Shown: positions 25,284-33,063 of the stretch, piece by piece
How the letters are laid out: every line of letters begins with the position of its first letter
Numbering within the stretch: the first letter of the stretch is position 1
IMG/VR virus record: IMGVR_UViG_3300045988_070589
From: a virus
Length of the DNA: 55,553 nt
Direction: 5' to 3' (one strand)
Translations under genes and position numbers: made by a program
The notes under the pieces: generated by a model
The model's database searches: none
What the model saw: only the letters and a program-made list of their open reading frames with translations
What the model was told of the DNA's origin: nothing

Positions 25284-25590
25284 TATGATCCTGAGTGGAG
25301 AAAAGACAGAGGAGTACCGAGAATTGAAACGGTACTATGATTCCAGATTCAGAAATGCTGCTATGCTGAAAAATCAGGAATATCAGGCAAGCGTTTCCGA
25401 GTTCCGGAACCTGGCTGCAACAGTGGATCAGGATATCGGAACCGTGAGGTTTCGGAATGGCTATACCACGGATGCCCCGTGTTTCCTGGCAGATTGCAAA
25501 TTGACAGTCGGGGAAGGAAAACCGGAGTGGGGAGCTGTTCCTGGGACAGAGTATTATATTCTGAAAATGAAAAACGTGAGGAGGAAATAG
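25240..25590 (+). CDS. ASCH-domain (PUA-like) protein
   Basis: …LTLTIEKKWFDMILSGEKTEEYRE… is a typical ASCH N-terminus. The start is ambiguous (GTG 25240 or TTG 25249 after GGAGG). Confidence 0.6.
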   Translation: MGKLLTLTIEKKWFDMILSGEKTEEYRELKRYYDSRFRNAAMLKNQEYQASVSEFRNLAATVDQDIGTVRFRNGYTTDAPCFLADCKLTVGEGKPEWGAVPGTEYYILKMKNVRRK

Positions 25591-25591
25591 C

Positions 25592-25795
25592 ATGATTTTC
25601 CAGTACGGAGATCTGCTAGGGAGAAGGAAAAAGGATCTTTTATTCGACGCAGGTTATAGAGCTGCTATTGACGATATGCAGGATAACTTAATCCGAAATA
25701 GCAGAACAGAAACTATAGACGGTAGGACAAGGCTTATCGTTACAGAAGATACAATAGAAACTATATGCAGAGAAATGAGAAAGAGGTGTAAATAG
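25592..25795 (+). CDS. Hypothetical protein
   Basis: 67 aa, GAGGAGGA RBS. Confidence 0.5.
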   Translation: MIFQYGDLLGRRKKDLLFDAGYRAAIDDMQDNLIRNSRTETIDGRTRLIVTEDTIETICREMRKRCK

Positions 25796-25796
25796 C

Positions 25797-26564
25797 ATGT
25801 ATTACGATTACCCAGAAGAGGAGTTTTACCCAGAAAGCGAGTATCAGGAGCAGATAGACGCCCTGAAAGAAGCCATCAAAAGCTCAGTAAAATCAGAGAT
25901 TCTGGAAGAAATGAACAGATTAAGAGCAGAAAACGAAAAGCTCCAGGGCATCAAGGAACATTTTGAGGAAGTAAAAAAGGATTACGAGAAAAAGAAAGAC
26001 GAGTGCGACCGGATTATTCGTAATGCCGAGCACAACGCCAAGAAAATGAGACTTGCCGATCTGATGAAGGATCATAAGGTAATAAAATGGAAGGTAAGTT
26101 GGGAGTTTGTATATGGTCCAAAATGCGACAAGTGTGATTCTGACCGAGCGATAGAGATTAAATTACCATCCGGAAAGATCGTAAAAGATTCGTGCAAATG
26201 CAAGACGGACAGTAAAAGATATTATTATCCAAAAAGGTATGTATTGAGTGAGTTTACTGACAGATATGGAGGCGGAAAGATAACAGCACATTATTCGGAA
26301 GAGGGGAGCAGAAATGATACGTACTATGAATTATATTCTTCTACAGTATGCGACAAATATACAGAAGATAGGAAAAAAGAAGCGATAGAAAGCCTTAGTG
26401 ATGAAGTGAAAAGCATCTTGTTTAACGAGGAAGAGGAGTGCCAGAAGGTATGCGATAAGCTCAATGAAGGCCTTGGAAACTTTTTATACAAGAATAATGG
26501 AGAAAGTATAAAAGAATATCTCAAAATGGCAAAAAAGAGAGTAGAGGAGGTAGACGATGAATGA
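25797..26564 (+). CDS. Hypothetical coiled-coil/Cys-containing protein
   Basis: 255 aa. CDKCDS…CKCK motif. Confidence 0.5.
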   Translation: MYYDYPEEEFYPESEYQEQIDALKEAIKSSVKSEILEEMNRLRAENEKLQGIKEHFEEVKKDYEKKKDECDRIIRNAEHNAKKMRLADLMKDHKVIKWKVSWEFVYGPKCDKCDSDRAIEIKLPSGKIVKDSCKCKTDSKRYYYPKRYVLSEFTDRYGGGKITAHYSEEGSRNDTYYELYSSTVCDKYTEDRKKEAIESLSDEVKSILFNEEEECQKVCDKLNEGLGNFLYKNNGESIKEYLKMAKKRVEEVDDE

Positions 26565-26706
26565 AAGAGAAAAAGAGGATCAAGAACAGTTAGAATACCT
26601 GAGAGAATGGAAGGTAAAACACTCAGGAAGAACAAAAGAAGAAAGTGCAATCAAGAGAATTTGCAAGAAAGGTAGGAAATTATGGACGGAAAAATTTTTA
26701 AGATAA
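26557..26706 (+). CDS. Small hypothetical protein (49 aa; below the ORF-track cutoff)
   Basis: ATG 26557 lies 6 nt after GGAGG. It overlaps both neighbouring genes. Confidence 0.35.
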   Translation: MNEREKEDQEQLEYLREWKVKHSGRTKEESAIKRICKKGRKLWTEKFLR

Positions 26707-27134
26707 GTGGTTACCTGGTGGATCCTAATGGAGAAAACGAAGCAGCCTGGATACGGGAGGAATTGAGGCATTTGAATGACACGTTCGGACAGCATGTACA
26801 CGTCAAAGAGGCTGATATACTGGACTGGACAGATGAAAATCCGTTGAACTATGAAAATTGCGATCTGGCGGAGTGCGAGAAGTATTTCCACGACAAATAC
26901 CCAGTAAGAGAAGATCGAAGTGTGGAGGTTGGAAAAACCTACAGACATTTCAAAGGGAAAATCGTTGAAGTGATAGCGATCAGCCAGGACACGGAATCTC
27001 CAGGACAATACTACGTGGTCTATAAATGCGAGGATGGAGCTATCTGGAGTAGACCTTATGGAATGTTTGTCGGTAAGGTAGATCGGAAGAAATACCCGGA
27101 TGCAGATCAGGAGTACAGATTCGAGGAGGTATAG
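26682..27134 (+). CDS. DUF1653-domain protein
   Basis: The C-terminal part …YRHFKGKIVEVIAISQDTESPGQYYVVYKCEDGAIWSRPYGMF… matches the DUF1653 pattern. Confidence 0.6.
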   Translation: MDGKIFKISGYLVDPNGENEAAWIREELRHLNDTFGQHVHVKEADILDWTDENPLNYENCDLAECEKYFHDKYPVREDRSVEVGKTYRHFKGKIVEVIAISQDTESPGQYYVVYKCEDGAIWSRPYGMFVGKVDRKKYPDADQEYRFEEV

Positions 27135-27135
27135 G

Positions 27136-27864
27136 ATGCAGAGCTTCAGTAAACGATTAAAAGACATCATGGAAAGCCGTGGAGTGCTGCAAGCTGATCT
27201 TGCAAAAAAGACCGGGATCACGGAAACAACAATTTCCAGGTACTGCAATGGAAAAAGGATCCCCAATATAGAAGCACTTGTCAAAATAGCAAAAGCATTG
27301 GACGTTCCTACGGATCTTTTGGTAGGCCTGGAGTGGAATGAATACAATACGATAGGAGCACTACAGAAAAGCCTCAGAGAGGCATTGCTGGAGAATAAAG
27401 CTCTGCATGAATACAATTACAATGGATCTTCCGGAATCTGCCGGGCAAAACTTATGGGAGATATGTCTGGAACGTGGCACATTGGAAATGTAGTGTGCGT
27501 GGAAAATGGAAAATCATTCATGCTGATGCAGGATGGTTATTCGGAGGAAAACGGATATCTGATTCTCAGGGCGATGGAAGTGATCCCAGAAACGATCCAG
27601 AGATTCGCTTGTGTGGAAGATATGACCGGGGAAAGGCTGTTTGAGGGTGATGTGATCTACAATCCGGAGCATAGAACAGTCCGAATGGAGATCTGCTACG
27701 GCAAATACGCCGCATATTGCCCGAACGATCAGGAATACATGGAAACTGTCGGTTTTTATATGGTGTCGAACACCACAGACGATGCAATGCCGCTCGGTCC
27801 GACAAAGGAATACGCACTTTTGTTGGGAAATGTGGTAGACAACCCAGAGATCAAGGTGGTATAA
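27136..27864 (+). CDS. XRE-type HTH fused to a YopX-like domain
   Basis: N-terminus …LQADLAKKTGITETTISRYCNGKRIPNIEALVKIAKAL… C-terminus …GERLFEGDVIY…GNVVDNPE (YopX-like). ATG 27136 after GAGGAGG. Confidence 0.6.
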   Translation: MQSFSKRLKDIMESRGVLQADLAKKTGITETTISRYCNGKRIPNIEALVKIAKALDVPTDLLVGLEWNEYNTIGALQKSLREALLENKALHEYNYNGSSGICRAKLMGDMSGTWHIGNVVCVENGKSFMLMQDGYSEENGYLILRAMEVIPETIQRFACVEDMTGERLFEGDVIYNPEHRTVRMEICYGKYAAYCPNDQEYMETVGFYMVSNTTDDAMPLGPTKEYALLLGNVVDNPEIKVV

Positions 27865-27896
27865 TTTCAGTCAGGATGCACCGGAAAGGAAAGAAA

Positions 27897-28463
27897 ATGA
27901 GTAAAAGAATCTTAGCAGCAATGTTATCATGTATGCTGGTTGTAGGAATGACCGGATGCGGTTTTTCAGATGGAGTGAAAGACGGTATGAAAGATGCTCA
28001 GAAGCAGGAAAGCATAAACGATTCTGATAAAAATGATAGCAAAAAGGATAAAAACGTGACCGAAACGGATAAAAATGATACCGAAAGCCGGGAAAACGTT
28101 TTAGAATCAGAAGAAAGCAAGACCGGAAACCCACTTCTGGATGCAGAGGTAATCGTAGGCGATGTAATGAATGGAACCAAGACAGAGAAGTTGGGCGAAT
28201 ACACCTATATCACAGTTCCATTGGAGACAATGAAAAAAGTTACGATGGAACAGTACGATGAATTTTGCGATCAGAAAGTCCAGGATAGCGGTTACAACTG
28301 GGTAACGATCGACTTCGGTAACGGATCCGGATTGCAGTTCCAGGGAAGTACGCCAGCAGTAGCAACCTACGGTACACTTGATAATGAGGAGTGCATCGAA
28401 GAATCAAAAGGAACCGTAATGATGACTGGAGAGAATACATATGAGCATTCCGAGAACCAGTAA
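27897..28463 (+). CDS. Secreted lipoprotein (moron next to attP)
   Basis: MSKRILAAMLSCMLVVGMTGC: signal peptide plus a lipobox Cys. Low-complexity Asp/Lys/Asn linker. The ORF-track start at 27717 was rejected. Confidence 0.7.
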   Translation: MSKRILAAMLSCMLVVGMTGCGFSDGVKDGMKDAQKQESINDSDKNDSKKDKNVTETDKNDTESRENVLESEESKTGNPLLDAEVIVGDVMNGTKTEKLGEYTYITVPLETMKKVTMEQYDEFCDQKVQDSGYNWVTIDFGNGSGLQFQGSTPAVATYGTLDNEECIEESKGTVMMTGENTYEHSENQ

Positions 28464-28550
28464 AAATCTAACAAATGTTAGAAATGGTGGTACACCCGTA
28501 ATCATACGGGATGCTATGATGATTGTGTAGCCTCCAAATCTAACAAATGT
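28464..28550. other. Candidate attP / recombinase-binding region
   Basis: 15-bp direct repeat AAATCTAACAAATGT at 28464-78 and 28536-50. 16-bp palindrome TCTAACAAATGTTAGA at 28467-82. Inverted repeat CCCGTA-ATCA-TACGGG at 28495-510. Lies next to the integrase 3' end. Confidence 0.4.
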
Positions 28551-28599
28551 GAGGTTATCCCAGAAATCAGGAAAAAGTAAATAATGGGACAAAGAGAAA

Positions 28600-28631
28600 C
28601 CCAGGAGCGCAAATGCTCCTGGGTATTTTTG
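28600..28631. terminator. Bidirectional intrinsic terminator between the lipoprotein gene (+) and the integrase gene (-)
   Basis: Stem CCCAGGAGC (28600-08), loop GCAAAT, stem GCTCCTGGG (28615-23). T-rich on both flanks. Confidence 0.7.
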
Positions 28632-28633
28632 CA

Positions 28634-30364
28634 TTAAGAATCCTTATAAGTGAATGTATGGGACAGCCCATTGCGGAACACAACCGTTTCCGGACGCCCG
28701 TCTCTCAGGATGATAGAATCCAGAATTGAGACAAAGAAGTTTTTCAGGATCTCCGGATCCAGCGATTCAGCCAGACTTTCATAGTAGATGTACTGTTTAT
28801 CTGCCAACTTCTGCGTCAGGATGAAGGAAGATGCCTGGCGGATAAATTCTTCATCGTTCATGGTACGCATCCATGGTTCCTGAGACATCATGCCAATAGC
28901 CTCGTTGATCTCCTGGAGCCGATCTGTGATCTGTTGCTTCCGGACAAGGTACTCACGTTCAGATATAGAATCATCGCTGTAGAGGTACAGATCATTCAGA
29001 CGATCCAGAGCACGTTGCTGTTTCTTCTGATCTGCCATCATGCGTTTTAACTCCGGATCCATCTTAGGTTTTGATCGTGGACGCTTCAAGAGTACCGGAT
29101 CACTTCCGGAACATTTCTCCAGCATATTGAGAAGAGACGCCAACCCGTCAGGATCTACATGATCGACATTAGAAAAAGTGCTGCCATGTAGCAAGCGCTT
29201 CTGGAGATCATCCGTGGAATGGATGTAAGCAAACTGCTTCTGAGCATTCAGGATATTCAGGATGTAGTTTAGAAGGAACTCGCCCAGGACAACGTCCGAA
29301 GTATATTTTGCATGGCAAGTTTTCGTTTTCCGGACATTCGGGCATCCGTATTTTGACGGACGATATCCGGAGACATGGAGCTTGCCTGGAGAAGCAGTAA
29401 AAGCGGATCCGCACTCTGCACACCAGACAAGTCCGGAGAATACGTGAACATTCTTCTGAGCCGTCTTTCTTCCTGGGGTATTCCGATACCGGGCATTCTT
29501 ATCAAGGGTAGCTTGGATCCGATCGAACCGATCCGGATCAATGGAAGCCGGGTGGTGGTTTTCTACGATAACCCACTCCGATTCGTCCTTAATCGCTTTT
29601 CTTCCTGGAATCTTGTAATAGTTGTACCGATACACGCCTTTATACCACGGATTCCGTAAAATAGTCCACACTGCCACCGGGCTCCACATATTTCCGTTTC
29701 TGGAACGATATCCAGCCTCATTCAGCCTCCTGGAAGTATGTACAATGGATTGTGTATCTTCGTAGGTTTCTACCATGAAGTTGTAGATTTTGTTTTCCTC
29801 CGGATCTATGGAGAATACCTGAGTAGGCTTATCATAAGAGTAACCGAACGGAATACGTCCGCCATTCCATACACCATTAGAGGCACGGTTAATCATGGTT
29901 GCTGTTACACGTTCTGAGGTCATGTTACGCTCAAGCTCTGCAAATACTAGGATGATCTTCAACATGGCTTCTCCGATAGCTGTACTGGTGTCAAATTGCT
30001 CGTTTTTAGACACGAACGTGACACCAAGATCCTTCAATTCTGCATACATATTCGCAAAGTCCAGAAGGTTCCTGGAGATTCGGTCGATCTTCCAGACCAG
30101 TAAGTGAGTAAAAAGACCTTGCCGGATCTGTGACATCATTTTCTGATATGCCGGACGGTCGGTATTCTTTCCGGAATATCCGGCATCCTCAAAAATCACA
30201 AAGTCATCTGTATTCAGGATATACTTGCAGTAAGAAGTGAGATCCTGTTTCATCATTGGCAATGAATCTTTATCTATCTGGTAGACCGTGGAAACACGGA
30301 CGTAAATCGCCACCCGGATAGGCGTTTCTGAGCCCGATCCGGGCATCTTAAAGTTTTTCTTCAT
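28634..30364 (-). CDS. Large serine recombinase (integrase)
   Basis: Resolvase catalytic domain (…VAIYVRVSTVYQ…, …LLVWKIDRISRN…, …VFAELERNMTSERV…). Recombinase domain, a Cys-rich Zn-ribbon (CAECGS…CPN) and a C-terminal coiled coil. The start was set to ATG 30364 after GGAGGA. Confidence 0.9.
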   Translation of the reverse strand: MKKNFKMPGSGSETPIRVAIYVRVSTVYQIDKDSLPMMKQDLTSYCKYILNTDDFVIFEDAGYSGKNTDRPAYQKMMSQIRQGLFTHLLVWKIDRISRNLLDFANMYAELKDLGVTFVSKNEQFDTSTAIGEAMLKIILVFAELERNMTSERVTATMINRASNGVWNGGRIPFGYSYDKPTQVFSIDPEENKIYNFMVETYEDTQSIVHTSRRLNEAGYRSRNGNMWSPVAVWTILRNPWYKGVYRYNYYKIPGRKAIKDESEWVIVENHHPASIDPDRFDRIQATLDKNARYRNTPGRKTAQKNVHVFSGLVWCAECGSAFTASPGKLHVSGYRPSKYGCPNVRKTKTCHAKYTSDVVLGEFLLNYILNILNAQKQFAYIHSTDDLQKRLLHGSTFSNVDHVDPDGLASLLNMLEKCSGSDPVLLKRPRSKPKMDPELKRMMADQKKQQRALDRLNDLYLYSDDSISEREYLVRKQQITDRLQEINEAIGMMSQEPWMRTMNDEEFIRQASSFILTQKLADKQYIYYESLAESLDPEILKNFFVSILDSIILRDGRPETVVFRNGLSHTFTYKDS

Positions 30365-30375
30365 AATTCCTCCAT

Positions 30376-30404
30376 CAAAAAGAAATAGCCCCTCCACGGG
30401 GCTA
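30376..30404 (-). terminator. Intrinsic terminator on the minus strand between the PD-(D/E)xK-like ORF and the integrase
   Basis: Minus strand reads TAGCCCC-GTGGA-GGGGCTA followed by TTTCTTTTTG. Confidence 0.65.
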
Positions 30405-30407
30405 TAC

Positions 30408-31181
30408 TTAGTTCACATACGGCATGTATTTATTCAGTGCCGCCCATACTACATTTTTGTCATCACGGCTTGCGACCTGGTAACAAGCCAGTAGCCGTTG
30501 CAATTCCTGGACTTGCTCCTGGCGTTCTTTTTCTTCCTGAGTTTCAGTGCTGCTCATAAGTACACCTCCAGATATTTTATTTACAGTTGTTCCGAGATCC
30601 TGGAAAGATACCGGATCTGAAAGCTCTCTTATCCTGGAAAGAGAAACAGTTTTTGCGTGTCCGAAAGAGGCGTTAATATCACTGGTAAGAACTGGATAAA
30701 ATTCCCAATTATCAGTATTTGTTACTGGAAGATCACAGAGAAAGCAGAAAATGTACATGTCCGAACATCGTTCCTTTTCACTCCAAGAATCTCCGGTAAT
30801 ATGATGGTGTCTATCTGCAATATCAAAAACAATCCGTTTGTTTTCAGAAATGGCACCACTTTCTGGATGCTTGCATGTGATCTTAGCTGATGATTTTATC
30901 TCAAAAGAAAAAGAGCCTGATACAAGATCACATTTTCCCCAGTGGCTACGCCGCTGCTCTATACCAAGAGCTTTCATCACAAGGAACTCCGCTAAGGCAC
31001 CACGTACAGAAGAATCAATAGAGTACGATGCGTACCATTCCCAGAAGTCAACAGTTGAAAACCCAGAAGGGGAACCAAGGGTACGAAAGTCCAACCAGCG
31101 GTCCATATTTTCAGTATGCAGCTTATCGGATAATAAATCGGATATATTACCGATGCGGTTTTTCTTTGAATCCATTTTCAT
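30408..31181 (-). CDS. PD-(D/E)xK nuclease-like protein in the lysogeny module (candidate prophage-encoded defence/exclusion factor)
   Basis: 257 aa, GAGGAAG RBS. …RGALAEFLVMKALG…GKCDLVSGSFSFEIKSS… fits the E…D…ExK restriction-endonuclease-fold pattern. No family assignment was possible by eye. Confidence 0.5.
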   Translation of the reverse strand: MKMDSKKNRIGNISDLLSDKLHTENMDRWLDFRTLGSPSGFSTVDFWEWYASYSIDSSVRGALAEFLVMKALGIEQRRSHWGKCDLVSGSFSFEIKSSAKITCKHPESGAISENKRIVFDIADRHHHITGDSWSEKERCSDMYIFCFLCDLPVTNTDNWEFYPVLTSDINASFGHAKTVSLSRIRELSDPVSFQDLGTTVNKISGGVLMSSTETQEEKERQEQVQELQRLLACYQVASRDDKNVVWAALNKYMPYVN

Positions 31182-31246
31182 CTTCCTCGCTATGTATTAA
31201 GTGTCATGGTAATGATTTCTTCGCCATGTAAAATATGGTAATGATA

Positions 31247-31582
31247 TTATCCCCTTTTACGATCTGCGTACTTTTCCGGAATAACCATATGAGTACGGAG
31301 AAAGTCTTTACACATTTCCTGTTTATCGTCCGGAATGTGCGTGATGATCTCAATCCATTCAGGATCCAGACCGGAAACCTCAGTATAAAGCTTTCTCCCA
31401 TATACCAGATAATCCAGAGATACGTCCAAATGCTCCGCAAGCTGCATGACAGTATCAATCTTTGGAATGGATCCTTCTTTCCATTTTCCGGTGCTTCCGG
31501 TACTCATATGTAATTCCTTTAAAACAGTAGTCACTGTAGTGCCTTTTTCTGCACAAACAGCTCTCAGATTATCGTAGAACAT
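31247..31582 (-). CDS. CI-like repressor (XRE HTH)
   Basis: 111 aa, AGGAGG RBS. …LRAVCAEKGTTVTTVLKELHMSTGSTGKWKEGSIPKIDTVMQLAEHLDVSLDYLV… Divergent from the Cro-like gene. Confidence 0.75.
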   Translation of the reverse strand: MFYDNLRAVCAEKGTTVTTVLKELHMSTGSTGKWKEGSIPKIDTVMQLAEHLDVSLDYLVYGRKLYTEVSGLDPEWIEIITHIPDDKQEMCKDFLRTHMVIPEKYADRKRG

Positions 31583-31599
31583 AAAATCCTCCTAAAAAT

Positions 31600-31655
31600 A
31601 AACTCACTAAAAGAGTGTTTATGGCATTGACAAACTCACTACAGTGAGCTATACT
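31600..31655. promoter_or_regulatory. Lysis/lysogeny switch: rightward promoter with embedded operator repeats
   Basis: TTGACA (31627-32), 17 nt, TATACT (31650-55). The spacer holds the inverted repeat CTCACT-AC-AGTGAG (31635-48). The 10-mer AAACTCACTA is repeated at 31600-09 and 31632-41. Confidence 0.65.
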
Positions 31656-31757
31656 AACAAACATAAACAACAAAACATAATCAATTTAATAATTGAAAAA
31701 GCACTTCTATCATACCAACAAATGTTAGGTAAGTAAAGAAGGAAAAGGAGGGAACTC

Positions 31758-31964
31758 ATGGAAAAAAAGCTGTCTGCGTGGTGCAAAAACGCCAAGATCG
31801 AAATGATTAACCGTGATCTTAAAATCACAACGTTAGCTAAGGAGCTGGATATGAACCGAAGCTATGTCAGTTCGATCTTGAACGGGCGTGTCTACAGTGC
31901 TCCGGCAGTCAAAAAGATTTCTGATTACCTGGGGATCGCTGACAGTGACACCACAACTGTATGA
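31758..31964 (+). CDS. Cro-like HTH regulator
   Basis: 68 aa, AAGGAGGG RBS. …LKITTLAKELDMNRSYVSSILNGR…. Confidence 0.65.
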   Translation: MEKKLSAWCKNAKIEMINRDLKITTLAKELDMNRSYVSSILNGRVYSAPAVKKISDYLGIADSDTTTV

Positions 31965-31996
31965 TTAAATAGTAACTCACGGAGGGACGTTAGAAC

Positions 31997-32500
31997 ATGG
32001 AGAAAGAATGTATGAATTGCGGTGGAAGTATCTACTTTCAGTGTAGAAAAGAAGCTGCAAAATACAATGATAGGCTGAGTAGCCGTGAGGGAGCTTCCGA
32101 GATGCTGAATGTATCTGTATCAAGCCTGAGCAATTATGAGTTGGGACTGACACCAGTACCGACCGATGTTGTTGTAAGAATGGCTGACCTTTACGGAGCA
32201 CCGGAACTGGAGGCTTGCTATTGCAAAAATGATTGCCCTATTGGAAAGAGGCAGAACATCGCAACAAAGATCCGGGGGATTGAGCAGATTACTTGTAGTC
32301 TCCTGAATCATGCAGACGATGATCGGTTACACAGTATTAAGAAAGGACTTCTCAGAATTGCCAGTGATGGAAAGCTGGATCGTGGAGAAGAGGAAGAGTT
32401 GAAAAAGATAGTAGCATGCCTGAGCGATTTTGCGGATGACGTGATGGAACTCAGGATGTATTTGAAAAAGCATGGAGGTACACCGGATGGAACTAATTGA
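31997..32500 (+). CDS. XRE-family HTH protein (second early regulator)
   Basis: 167 aa. …ASEMLNVSVSSLSNYELGLTPVPTDVVVRMADLY…. Confidence 0.6.
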   Translation: MEKECMNCGGSIYFQCRKEAAKYNDRLSSREGASEMLNVSVSSLSNYELGLTPVPTDVVVRMADLYGAPELEACYCKNDCPIGKRQNIATKIRGIEQITCSLLNHADDDRLHSIKKGLLRIASDGKLDRGEEEELKKIVACLSDFADDVMELRMYLKKHGGTPDGTN

Positions 32501-32636
32501 GAAATTAAGAAAACAGCTGTCCGAGGAGTACGGGATCCATAGCGATCAGGAACTCATGGACGCTATAGCACATCAGAAACCTATTGACATTGGAGTATTC
32601 GTGAAGGAGGTAAATGGAATTGAGAAAGCTAGTTAA
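32487..32636 (+). CDS. Small hypothetical protein (49 aa; below the ORF-track cutoff)
   Basis: ATG 32487 lies 8 nt after GGAGG. Reads MELIEKLRKQLSEEYGIHSDQELMDAIAHQKPIDIGVFVKEV…. Confidence 0.45.
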   Translation: MELIEKLRKQLSEEYGIHSDQELMDAIAHQKPIDIGVFVKEVNGIEKAS

Positions 32637-32829
32637 AGTATCGGCTATGCTTGCGATTGCGGCGATCATGCAGATCGGAGGATGCAAGCTGGCATATGCT
32701 GAGAGAGGATATAAGGCGATCGGGAGTGAAAGACTGATTTTTCCGGTAGTGCTCTTTCTTGAATATAAGGCTTTCTGCGAGCCGGGAGAATCCTTCTACG
32801 AAGATGAAGAGGAGGAGTACGATGCTTGA
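32614..32829 (+). CDS. Small membrane/secreted protein
   Basis: 71 aa, GAAGGAGG RBS, hydrophobic N-terminus. Confidence 0.45.
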   Translation: MELRKLVKVSAMLAIAAIMQIGGCKLAYAERGYKAIGSERLIFPVVLFLEYKAFCEPGESFYEDEEEEYDA

Positions 32830-33052
32830 TATTACAGCAGAAACAAAGAAAGTCCGTGAGGACATGGAAAAGCAAGGATATGTGCTGACCGAGGAAGAGT
32901 ATCAGATCATCCTGGAGTACACGATCAGAAAGAGTGATCGGTGCGGAAAGGGCAGGGATTATGTACCGCTGCTTCTGGAGGATGAAATTAAGAATTACTA
33001 CTTTCGCAACACGGTAACAGCCATCTCACTTATAAATATGGCAGTAGCCTAA
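32822..33052 (+). CDS. Hypothetical protein
   Basis: ATG 32822 after GGAGGAG. 76 aa. Confidence 0.5.
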   Translation: MLDITAETKKVREDMEKQGYVLTEEEYQIILEYTIRKSDRCGKGRDYVPLLLEDEIKNYYFRNTVTAISLINMAVA

Positions 33053-33063
33053 AGGAGGAAAAC

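Noticed and set aside
26580-27416. Long minus-strand ORFs antisense to well-supported genes. Examples: 26580-27416 (278 aa), 1603-2250, 8218-8772, 35956-36501, 40849-41418, 48951-49589 and 20624-21127.
   Set aside because: They lie opposite plus-strand genes that have clear domain content and RBSs. They lack RBSs, have low-complexity or odd composition, and would break the co-directional operon structure. They are most likely shadow ORFs.
31206-31244. An 11-bp direct repeat, ATGGTAATGAT, at 31206-16 and 31234-44, between the repressor and the PD-(D/E)xK-like ORF.
   Set aside because: A local 11-mer repeat of this kind is roughly expected once by chance in the genome. I found no accompanying promoter consensus.
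28469-31728. A 12-mer, AACAAATGTTAG, shared between the attP-like region (28470-81) and the cro 5' UTR (31717-28).
   Set aside because: Many 12-mer coincidences are expected by chance in a 55-kb sequence compared on both strands, so this is not evidence of a shared site.
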